This document shows, piece after piece, positions 15,170-27,100 of a stretch of DNA of 64,000 nucleotides. Every line of letters begins with the position of its first letter. Position 1 is the first letter of the stretch. The notes beneath the pieces were generated by a model. It made no database searches. It saw only the letters and a list, made by a program, of their open reading frames with translations, and had not been told where the DNA came from. The position numbers and the translations under genes are program-made. The stretch is from Octopus bimaculoides (Eukaryota): NCBI RefSeq assembly GCF_001194135.2, contig NC_068982.1, forward strand, positions 122,788,007 to 122,852,006. Direction: 5' to 3'.

Positions 15170-18100
15170 CTTTATCTCCTACCATTCACTGAAGCTTGGA
15201 AATCAGATTCTGGCAGACCTACCAATTGTAGTGATTAACTTTATATACAGTTTCCATTCATGAGAGAATTTGTGCATGCCAACACAATTCAGCTTGTGAT
15301 TTTGGAAATAGTTTTAATCAGTCAGTTTGATAATAGAATTGTTGTCAATTTGTTCAGTAATAAGTGAAGTTAGAAATCTGTAAATTTTATAAGGGAAAAC
15401 AAACACAAAAAAGTTTTTAAAAAATCATAACATAATTATATAAGAAGTGTTTTGGTGTTTTTGTTCTTTTTTTCATTATAATTCAGATTGTTTCTCAACA
15501 GACATCTTATTATACATGTACAGTCCACTTACAAAAAATGTTTCCATTCAATGAAGCTATTCATCTCTGCTTAAAATGTATCATTGATTTCCATTTGTTC
15601 CTACCCAAATACTTCATTGATATCAATTTAATGTAATTAAACCATTTATCAATTTATTTTGCTTTACATTATTTACCCTATTTACATTGGACGGATGTGT
15701 GTCCTCATCTTGTTTGTTGTCACCACAATGTTTTGGCTGATTTACTCTCCAGCCTTCATCAGGTGTCCTGGTAGAATTTTGAACCCAACCCTGGGTTCTC
15801 ATTCCTAAGGTATTTTTGCTGTTGTTATTATTATTTATTCAAGGCACTGCCTGGAATTGAACTTGTAATATTGGGGTTAGTAGCCTGCGCTCTTAACCAT
15901 TACGCTATATGCCCGTGGGCAAGATTACGAGTTCAATTCTAAGCAGTGCCTTGAATAAATAATAATAGTAATAACATCAGCAAAAATACCTTAGAAATGA
16001 GAACCCAGGGTTGGGTTCAAAATTCTACCAGGACACCTGATGAAAGCTGGAGAGTAAATCAACCGAAATGTTGTGGTAACAACAAACAAGATGAGGACAC
16101 ATATCCATCCAATGTAAATAATGTACAGAATTCCACATCTCAAAAATATAGAACGTTATTTTGCTTTATTTTATTTTTGTTACAAAAACATTTTATCCAA
16201 GATAATCACACTTAATATTGAAAAAAAAAGCTATCACAAAAAAGCTTTACTTTTTAACCCAGCATAGTTACACCCTACTGGCTGTAGTAACTAGTAAAAG
16301 AGTATTCCTTTCATCAAATGTTTCTCTGCTTATTTTGCTCTAAATAAGATCGACCCCAAATTGCATTCCTTCATTGATATTTGCTTCAGTACTCATTTAG
16401 TGCAGTATTATTTTCTTATTCATGTATTTACTTTCAGTACCTCTCCAGAAACTAGTACTGCTTTTGTGCATGTCCATGATAGTATTAATGTATTTCAAAC
16501 ACTAGATGCTAGGATTTTTTTTTTTCTGTTGAGCTTTAGGAAACAATATCTATTGTATGCATTAGCAGTATAGAATTGTATGAAACCAATGATGCATCAA
16601 AAAGTGCATGGTTTATGAATTTTGCAAATGTCAGCATCATATTTTCAACTGAAAAAAAAATGTTCACAATATATAATACAAAATAAAAAAAACAATGCCT
16701 GTTCTTTTGAAGTAGTCATAGTTAAGCTTCAAGACAAAAAAATAGACTGGTAGATTTAGAAGTCCTTTGTAATTCACTTTACATGTTGTTGTTGTTATTC
16801 ATGTTGTTAAGAAGCTTTGGTCAACTCAGCTTAATCACTCTAATCATGCTTTGCAATATAATTCAGAGATTATTGAAAGAGAATTGGTTTCACATTGGTA
16901 ATACAGGGTAGTATGTAAAACCAGTTTCCTACTACCCCTCTTTCACTTCTATATACATTTACATGCATATTCATACACAATATTTAGCCCCTCCCTAGAA
17001 AAACCAACTCCTTATTATCACCTAAAGCAGTGCTTTTCAAACTATCTGATGTGGCACACCGGCAGTTTTTTTTTTTTTTTTTCCAGTGTGCCAGGGACCG
17101 GTAATATTTCTTAGTAATATTAATTTATACCGGAAATAATATATATAATGAATATAATAAAAGTTAACAATTTTTTTCTGTCTTATATTTATTTTGTAAA
17201 CAAATAATACACTATTACATAGCATTTTATAAGCATTTTATAATGTTTCTTTCTTTTTTGGAAACTCGCTGCGTACCAGCAGCTGATGGCTTGAGGACAG
17301 GCACCGGTCTGTGGACCACCACTTTGAGTAGCACTGACCTAAAGCATTTATTTCTAAAGCTAAGAGTCAACGTTTATCTATGTGGTTACATGAATTGTTT
17401 AAAATAGCAGCCAAATTCCCTCAAATCACACCCTAACATCTTTAAAAAAAAAGAATATATTGAATGTTGCTGTATGGTAAGAAGCTTGCTTCTCAACCAA
17501 ATGGTTCCGAGTTCAGTCCCACTGCATGACACTTTAGGCAAGTGTCTTCTGCTGTAGCCTTGTGAGTGGATTTAGTAGATGAAAACTTAAAGAAGCCCAT
17601 CACATTGGTGTGTGTGTGTGTATCTATGTGTGTGTGTCTTTGTGTCCGAGTTTGTCCCTACCACCACATAGCAACCAATGTTGGTTTGTTTACATCCCCA
17701 TAACTTAGCAGTTCAACAAAATAGACCAGTAGAATAAGTACTAGGCTTAACAAAAAATAAGTACTTCCTGGTACCATGTGTAACTGGTGTCACTAAAGTG
17801 AAACCCCCAAAACAAAAACTAAAACCAGATGAATAGTGACAGACAACTAAAAGAAAAATAAGTAATGAATAAAAGCGAAAAGCTGAGTTTGTGTGTGTAT
17901 GTTTGTGTGCAAATATATAAAGAATGGTGGTCAGAATCTTGGATCAAACTGGCTTTTGGGGGTGGCTAATTGGTATGTATTTGTGTATGTGTGTCTATGT
18001 ATGGGTATGCTTGTATGTATATGATTGTGTGTGTTGCTATTTTGAATTCCTTTCTACGATTGAACTTAAATTGACCTCTGGCTATTAAAGACCCAACCAC

Positions 18101-21100
18101 ACACACACACACATTTGTTTTAGGTTTTGTATCCATTTGAACTGTGGCTATACACCAGATAATGTGGTAAGTCTTATGTTCTGAAATTTAAATTTTGAAT
18201 TTGTTTTAATTATAAAATTACACCCCTGCTAAAAACACATCTTCTGGCTTTGGAAAACAGAACCTTTTCTCTTTCTATATTTAGAATTTCTCTGTTTTGG
18301 TCAGGATTTTCCAATTTTCTGTATCAAACAATGGACAGAAGCATTTAAAAAAAATTAAATTCATAGAGCCGAACTAAATCAAAAATATTAATTTTAATCG
18401 TAATGATGGAGAGGAGTAAACACTTTCCCTTTCNNNNNNNNNNNNNNNNNNNNNNNNNNNNNNNNNNNNNNNNNNNNNNNNNNNNNNNNNNNNNNNNNNN
18501 NNNNNNNNNNNNNNNNNNNNNNNNNNNNNNNNNNNNNNNNNNNNNNNNNNNNNNNNNNNNNNNNNNNNNNNNNNNNNNNNNNNNNNNNNNNNNNNNNNNN
18601 NNNNNNNNNNNNNNNNNNNNNNNNNNNNNNNNNNNNNNNNNNNNNNNNNNNNNNNNNNNNNNNNNNNNNNNNNNNNNNNNNNNNNNNNNNNNNNNNNNNN
18701 NNNNNNNNNNNNNNNNNNNNNNNNNNNNNNNNNNNNNNNNNNNNNNNNNNNNNNNNNNNNNNNNNNNNNNNNNNNNNNNNNNNNNNNNNNNNNNNNNNNN
18801 NNNNNNNNNNNNNNNNNNNNNNNNNNNNNNNNNNNNNNNNNNNNNNNNNNNNNNNNNNNNNATATATATATAATAATAATAATAATACAAAGAATATATA
18901 TACATGTATACACACATATATGTACATACTTACATCTAAATGTGTATATATATGCATATCAGGGTACAGGACATTAGAACAATGAACTACAGACAATGGA
19001 ACGAACACATAGGAAAACAGAAAGCCACTTGGAATATTCCTTCATCAGCTGCCTATATATATATATATATGAATAGGCAGAATTATGGTGTAAGCACATG
19101 CTAAAACCCCTCATAACTTTTGTATTCTTACGAATTTTTACAAAATGTTTTCCATTCTGTCTTCTGCATAATAGAATTGATATGATTATACAAAAAAAAA
19201 TCTCCAACTCACCCCCAATTTTTTTTTTTTAATTCGTGGTTTTAAAAAAGCAGACAGTCCGAATCTACCATTCGTTTCTCTTAATAATTTCCAAGTAAAT
19301 TTTTAATACTTTTATGGAAGAAATTCAATTGGCAGTGTTCACATTTTTTCACATAATCCTGGACTTTGTATGTGAAATTTCTGTGACATGCTGCATGTCC
19401 ATCAGCAATATTAGCAAACAGACAGCCATGCAGTGGTACAACGTAGTCCAAGTAGATGAAAGTCTTCTTTTTAAGAGGAAAAATGAAGTTGGAAGAGTGG
19501 TGAAGAAGTTTTGGATACTTGTGATTGTCGTAACCGATGGGGTGCCAGTTTTTTATGTGTGTATTTGCATGTATAAAGATATAATTAAAACAATACATAT
19601 ACACCCACATATATATATACATATATATATATACATATNNNNNNNNNNNNNNNNNNNNNNNNNNNNNNNNNNNNNNNNNNNNNNNNNNNNNNNNNNNNNN
19701 NNNNNNNNNNNNNNNNNNNNNNNNNNNNNNNNNNNNNNNNNNNNNNNNNNNNNNNNNNNNNNNNNNNNNNNNNNNNNNNNNNNNNNNNNNNNNNNNNNNN
19801 NNNNNNNNNNNNNNNNNNNNNNNNNNNNNNNNNNNNNNNNNNNNNNNNNNNNNNNNNNNNNNNNNNNNNNNNNNNNNNNNNNNNNNNNNNNNNNNNNNNN
19901 NNNNNNNNNNNNNNNNNNNNNNNNNNNNNNNNNNNNNNNNNNNNNNNNNNNNNNNNNNNNNNNNNNNNNNNNNNNNNNNNNNNNNNNNNNNNNNNNNNNN
20001 NNNNNNNNNNNNNNNNNNNNNNNNNNNNNNNNNNNNNNNNNNNNNNNNNNNNNNNNNNNNNNNNNNNNNNNNNNNNNNNNNNNNNNNNNNNNNNNNNNNN
20101 NNNNNNNNNNNNNNNNNNNNNTTTTATATGACAAATTTTCAGATTTTTTACGTCATTTTAAAAGAAGGCTGATTTTGTGACTCAAACTAAGTAGATCCAA
20201 GTACAGTGAATACCATCCTCCACAATTGCTACTCATATGAAGTACATATGTATTTCAACAATTCCTATCAAATACACTCTCTTTCTTGAGCATAAAAAAT
20301 CCTCTTCCCGGGGGACAATAACTTATATGTCAGATTGTTGCACAAGTTCTAGCTGTTTTGATAACGGAAATCAGAAAGGTTTGAAATGATTTCATCAGCA
20401 TTTACTTGTACCAAAGAGCACTCTTTCAATAGACAACATGTTGATCTCATAAGTATCACGTGGCAGAAATAAACACAATTACCAAACTTTCAATTCATTA
20501 TTTCGTTTTTTTTGCATTTCAATTTGTACATCTGTACTCCTGACTGCATACAAGTGCATATGTAAGATAACATCCTTTATTTTTCAATCATTATCTGCTG
20601 ATATCAAAATAAGTAGTATATTGAAAAATAAAAATATTTTCTAGGGGGTGGGGGCATTTGTAACTCCAAGGGTCAAAAGGGGGCCTTTGGTCAAAATGGG
20701 CTGAGAATCTTTGATCTAAAACATTGTTTCTTCTTCTCACAGATAGCAAAGTCTATGAGTAAAACAAGAATGTCACTCTGTGTATTTACATCAGGGCTGG
20801 TAGTTTAAGCTACAAGGACTGTAACTGAAGAAATTAAAATGAACTAATTCTGTTATATGCAGTAGAAGTAGTATGACATTAAAATAGCCATCTATGTATC
20901 ATCTTTAATGTACATATATTGTTGAAAGGCAATATACTGCTGCACTCATCCAGAGATAACATCTATGCACATACTGTGTAAATGATTGAACTTTTAGGCC
21001 TTATGTCTTGCATTGATTTCTTTTTCCTATGCAAAAAAATTAATTCTGCAGAGAAAAAAATGTATCAGAAACTCAACCTGTTTTAAAACACTAAGTCAGG

Positions 21101-24100
21101 ATTTAGGTTACCAGTAAGTGATGGTTCAAGAAAGGGTCTTCTGAGATTGAAGGGGCCTTTTTTAAGTTTGTGTGCCTTGTAGACCACCAAATATGACTTG
21201 TTCCATTTAATTTATTTTGGTGTATTACTGATACTTGTTGATTCTGCAGGGATAACTGGTGGGTTATAAACTCGGAACAAAAAGAGTAGAAAGAAACAAA
21301 ATAGTTTGAGGCTTTTTGTCTGATACTCTACTATGTCACCCATTTCCTATGTCTTTCCCGATGTTTGATATTAATTTCTATTATTTAAATCTAACAATTT
21401 TAACATCTGTCAAATGAAAATGTAGTCATTCGTTGAATTGAGAGGTTGATATTGTTGTTGCTGCTTAACCCTAAGTCAACCCAGTCTGTGCAGTCTTATC
21501 AAATGTACTCCATCTGCGATCTTCTCAGACTTTTGTTTATCTCAGGCCACATTGTCAAATGTACCCTTTATTTTTCTTGAGAATTTGGCTGCCATTTCTA
21601 GCAAATTGAATGACTAGATGGAGGATCCCTCATTGTCGCTTAAAGAGGGTCTTAACCTGCTGCCCAATATGATATAAGATTAAATCTTGTCACAGACTGT
21701 ATGTTGTGTTCATATCCTAAGTATTTGTCACTAACTTATACTATTAGTTGGTACAGTCATAACTTCAAGCAGTGAGATGCCTTTGAATGACTTTTGTTAA
21801 AAATGAAAAAAAAACTGGTACTCCATTGGTTATAGTGATGAGGGTTCTAGTTGATCAAATGAATGGAATAGCCTGCTTGTGAAATAAACATGCAAGTGGC
21901 TGAGCACACCACAAATACCTGTACCCTTAACGTAGTTCACAAAGAGATTCAGTGAGACAAGGCTGGTCCTTTGAATTACAGATACAACTCACTTTTGCCA
22001 GCTGAGTGTACTGGAGCAATGTGAAATAAAGTGTCTTGCTCAAGGACACAATGTACTGCCAGGAATCAAATTCATGACCCTACAGTTGTGAGCTGCATCC
22101 CCTAACCATTAAACCACATGCCTTTGCAGTCCTAAGTTCATTTTCTTGAGAGAACCAGGGTTCCAACAAGTTGGTTTGCCCTAGATGTACTAAACTGAAA
22201 ACAAAGTTATCAAGCAGTCACATTGTATTTAATGAAAGGCATTAATTACAAAATAAAGTAAAGGAAAAAGTCTTTTCAGTACTTCTTCATAAAGAATGAA
22301 ACTACTTTTTCTATATTTCATTGTTATATAGCCTTGTTTACCATTGATTCATAGTTTGTTGACAACTTTGCTCCACTGTTCTCAACTTTGGGCTGTCTTT
22401 CCTCTCCTGGGTCTTGTTGGGTTTGAATTGTCATCAATGCTTCTCTAACTGTGCTTTTTATATATATATATATTTTTCTCAGTGGAGGTGTTGGCCCTAT
22501 GCAAATCCATTTTTACCTGTTGAAAGAAGTAGTCCATTTTAACCTGGCCTCTATCCTTTCACCTGTCCAGCATGAGAGGCTCTACCAGGAAGTTGTGCTC
22601 TGCTGGCATAGCTCTTAGGGTCATCAAGACACAGAAGCCACCACATCACAGCAAGGAGTGAACCATGTAATGGCAAAGTTGACCTAGGCAGTATCTTAAA
22701 TTCAGAGTACAAGAAGCTATAACAAATACCACAACATATTTTATCTGATGCTCTAACTTCTCTGTCAATTTGCTGAAGTTTGACAATTAAAACCCTATTA
22801 GAGATGACCTGTCTCATTATTATTTAATTAAAACCCTATCAGAGCTGACCTGTCTCATTATCATTTGATTTAGGTCAGTAAAATTAGTTCCAGTAATAAA
22901 TAACAATTTATATACCTACATATTTCTGACAACATTATCCCAGTTGTTGTTGTTGTTTAGACTCGAGCCAAGTCTGACTGAGCAAACCTAATAATTTCAG
23001 TTATGACCAGCCAGTCACTGTGTATCTCGGACTACATTGTCCACTGTGATCTTCCATTTTTTAAATAGCAAAGAGTGATTTGAATAAGATTTGTCTGCTT
23101 TTCTTGACAGATCTTGTGAATGCATAAAGTTTTCCTTGTTGACCGAACATTATCCAAATGTATAAAGGAGACTTCCTTATCATAATTACCTAATTCTTGT
23201 CATTCATTAAAATATCAATAACTAATCAATTATATCATTATACATAAGTTTTAGAATTTTGTAGCTGGGGGATACCAGGTTTAAATATGTCTTTCTTTTC
23301 ATGATTTTTTATAAATTTTAAAATTTACTTAAATTTTATTTCCATCAAAATAAATAATGTCAAAAAGGAATGGAAACCACCAGGAACTATGAATAAATGA
23401 AACTATAAATATATCTACTGTATTTTCTGGCATACTTATAGACATAATATATAGTGTAACCATGTGATGTAAACATTCATATATAGTCACTATCTTTTCA
23501 AACCCTGCTGCATTTCACATGGAATTTTTAGTTCTCTAAAGTTTTGGTTTTTTTTTTTAGTATTTACGACAACATAGATATTTTTTTTTTTTTACTGTAA
23601 CTTTAGGTCTGAAAAATTCAAACTGTATGCCAAAAAATATATATAATTCTTTCACAGGCTTCAACCAATGTCTTTCATTACATTTGAAATCTCTTTTATC
23701 AAAATGTTTCATTTAATCTTATTTCAGAGACAAATTGACTGGGAAGCTGCTGCAAACTTACTTAAAGGTAAGCCTTGTATTTGTTGTTGTTTAGGCCAAA
23801 AATGACAGAGTGTAATTTGAAGATTAGGATGCTACGTCTAGCAAGTCAGATAACTGAGTAGAAACTGTCTCATTGGTTTAGCTTCTATTTCTTATTTGCA
23901 CATCTGATAACATATGTAAACAAATTCAGTATATACATTCTTATATAATAAATCAGTTGTTAGATCCATTATGGACTGAAGTACATTAATATTTGCACTG
24001 AAATTTGGGGTGATGAGTGGGGAGTAGGCACAAATGCCATCAGATCACTGCTTTATTGATGTATTGTCTTTTTCTGTTCTTTTTAAGGTGTTTACTTAAC

Positions 24101-27100
24101 CCTGCGCAAACACAGTTTTATTGCTCATCTTTCTCATCTTAAGGTAATAAAATTTACATTTGTCTCTTTGTCTAATTGTTTCCAGAATATTTCCTTTATC
24201 ATTTTCTGAAATGGATGCTTTGTCACTGAAAAACAAAAAAAAAAGAAGCATTTTTACCAGGTACATAAGGATAACGGTGTTATTATTTAAAATTCAATAG
24301 AAAAGAAATATTTAAATTTCGATTAGAATTTGAAAGAAAATTATATATATTCTGAGTGACATTGGCTCTTTCTTCTTTCTAGCACAAAAGTGGTGACCAG
24401 TCATCTTATAAGATTAAACATGTGTCAGTAGTCAAGACCATGAGTAGTTCAGGTTATCATGGAAACTTTTATATAACAAAAATAAAACAAACAGGCAGTT
24501 TCTACTTCTATTCCTAAGTGAGATACCAGTCCATCACAAGGTTAATCCCAATTGCTGCTGCTGTACTGCTGGTACTCATAGTCAGCTGAGGGGACTACAC
24601 CAACATGAAATGAACTCTCTCAAGGACATAATGCACAGCCCAGTGCAGGAATTAAATGCATTCCCTTCTGATTTAAAACCCAGTACACTAATACCTGGTC
24701 CATCCACCTTCACAAAGCATGTGGCTTAGATTCAAACTCAAGAGTTTGATATATAAAACAAAAAAATCAATATTTTCAGAAGATGTAAAAGAAATTTAGT
24801 TTAAATTTGTTGTGGTATTGAACAGAATATGAAGAAAAATAAAGCAGTTTAGATTTTAATAATATGCAAATCTAATTTCTCTCTTAGCTTTCATATGCCT
24901 CCTCCTCTTACATATTGTCATTATTTTCATTCTCGGTGAGCTTCATATGCCACATGTATGTGGTAACATATATCTGCTTGTATGAATGTGCATTATGTAG
25001 GATTTACCTTGGATGCTCTATTTAACTCCATGCACAATAGCTGGTTTTGATGGAATGGAAGGAGTACTCTTGTTGTTACTGTTATCTGGTGCTTTATGTT
25101 GTGTATCTATATCATTAATAATAGTTTTTGGGTTGGTGGTGTGGCAAAGATAGTTGTGTACTAGTTGGTCTGTATGTCTTAAAGAATTTAGTTTCACCTA
25201 TTGCTTTGAGTTCATGCCCCTAAAACCAATAAGATAAATATAAGGCATGATCTGGGTTCAATACAGTTGAGTATAACCAATACCAAAACGTATCTGTTCA
25301 TGTCAACATAAGAAGGCTACATCATTTTTCATGGAACTAATTTATTTCATTTGCTAAATTTCTATTAGGAACTTAATTTCTTGGACTGGATCTGTAAATG
25401 ACACCAATACCATTGCAGGTCTACAGTAGATGTTTGCTCTCCCTCTGTTGTCCTACCATCTCAGTGCTGGCTGCTTCCGTCAGCATGCTACCTCAATATT
25501 ACAATAAAACATGGTTTAGGCACAGCCAGACAGCATCACAAGCTTCCCATTCTATGGTGATAAATCTCTCATCTAGACTGTAATCTGCAGCAACATTTTT
25601 TCTTGTGGCAATTTGGCAAAATTGACTGCAGACCATGGTTGTTACTATCTGACAAGGGAGGAATCACAAGCTGATGTTATAAACAATTATTATTATTGAT
25701 ATTATTATTGATATTTTTAAGGTGATGAGCTAGCAGAATCATTAGTACGCTGGGCAAAGTACTTGGCAGCATTTCATCGGTCTTTACGTTCTGAGTTCAA
25801 ATTCCACCAAGGTTGACTTTGCCTTTCACTCTTTTGGGGTCAATGTAGCTCCTTCCTCAAATGTACTGACCTTGTACCAAAATTTGAAGCTATTATTAAG
25901 GTAGTGAACCGTCAAGATTGTTTCTTCACTGAGCAAAATGCCTAGCAGCATTTCTTCTGGTTCTTTACATTCTGAGTTCAAACAGTGCTGATGTCAACTT
26001 TGTCTTTCTTCCTTAGAGGTCAATGACATAAGTATCAATCATGTACTGGGGCCAATGTAATCAACCACCCCCCTCCACCAAAATTGCTGGCCTTGTACCA
26101 AAATTAGAAAGAATTATTATTGATGTTATTGTTTTTTATTTATATTATTTTCATTTTTGCAGACTCTCATCAATGTATTGATTGGTTTAATACTCTCTGG
26201 AAGCACCGGTTCATCGCAAGACCATATGGTCCCAACTTTCTATGGAAGTCACAAGAGTGACCAAAGCCAAGCTCTGCTGCCAGCTCCTTCAATTTTTTGT
26301 TCAGCAGTCATTAAACTTGTTGCAATGCAAATGCAAGTTCTTGGGGTAATTATTCTTCATTATTCATTCTTTGCTATTTTTCTTTCTATGAATTGTACAT
26401 GAGTCATTGATATGTAACTAAAAGCAATTTTATATAGGATTATTTTTACTGTGAGTTATGAGCAAGTTATAGAATTCTACCTCTTTTTGGAGGTGATGTG
26501 CTCATTCTCCCAGACTAGTCTGTCACTTTTGATGTTTAACAGGAATTTCAATAAGTTGGATAAGTCTTGAGAAAAACAGACAAAAAGGAAGTTTCCAATA
26601 GTTGTATTTAGGTTAGGAAAGATTGAGCAAAGTGTTTATTATTAAACGGGCAGGGTAAGACTTGACTCAGTTTACCTAGCTGGCAAAACAGATTCCTCTC
26701 TCATTTTCACAGTTGAGTATTTAATAAAAGTAAGAATTGTTTCAGAAAAAAAATTCTATTTTTAAATGATAGTATGGGAAAATGGATATACAACAGTGAA
26801 AATATAAATTCCCTGTTAATAATCTGTTTTACTCTCATAAACTTATATACATATGCACACACTTTTGCCAATTTCCCCAATAATGCCTTTATTTAGTGAA
26901 GATAATTTAGATGTTATTATCAAATTATCTACAGCTATAAGTGCAGGCCTGGCTGTGTGGTAAGAAATTTGCTTCCCAGCCACATGGTTCTGGGTTCAAT
27001 TCCATTGTGTTGTGCTTTAAGTAAAGGTCTTCTGCTATAACCTTGGGCTGACTAAAGCTTTGTGAGTGGATTTGGTTGATGGAACCTGAAAGAAACCTGT

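Larger units (their letters stand above)
15663..16125. mobile_element. Head-to-head inverted dimer of a tRNA-headed, hammerhead-bearing short retroelement (Penelope-like features)
   Basis: Inverted arms 15679-15869 and 15924-16120; tRNA-like A/B boxes on the minus strand; CTGATGA...GAAA-type hammerhead core in each arm. Confidence 0.8.

Noticed and set aside
15843-15914. Possible tRNA-Ser(ACT) gene
   Set aside because: No acceptor stem and it is embedded in a repeat, so it is treated as a SINE head.
19025-19055. CTGATGA followed by a ggaatattcc hairpin on the minus strand
   Set aside because: No GAAA after the stem, so the hammerhead core is incomplete.
22785-22866. 41-bp tandem duplication
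   Set aside because: Simple local duplication with no further structure.
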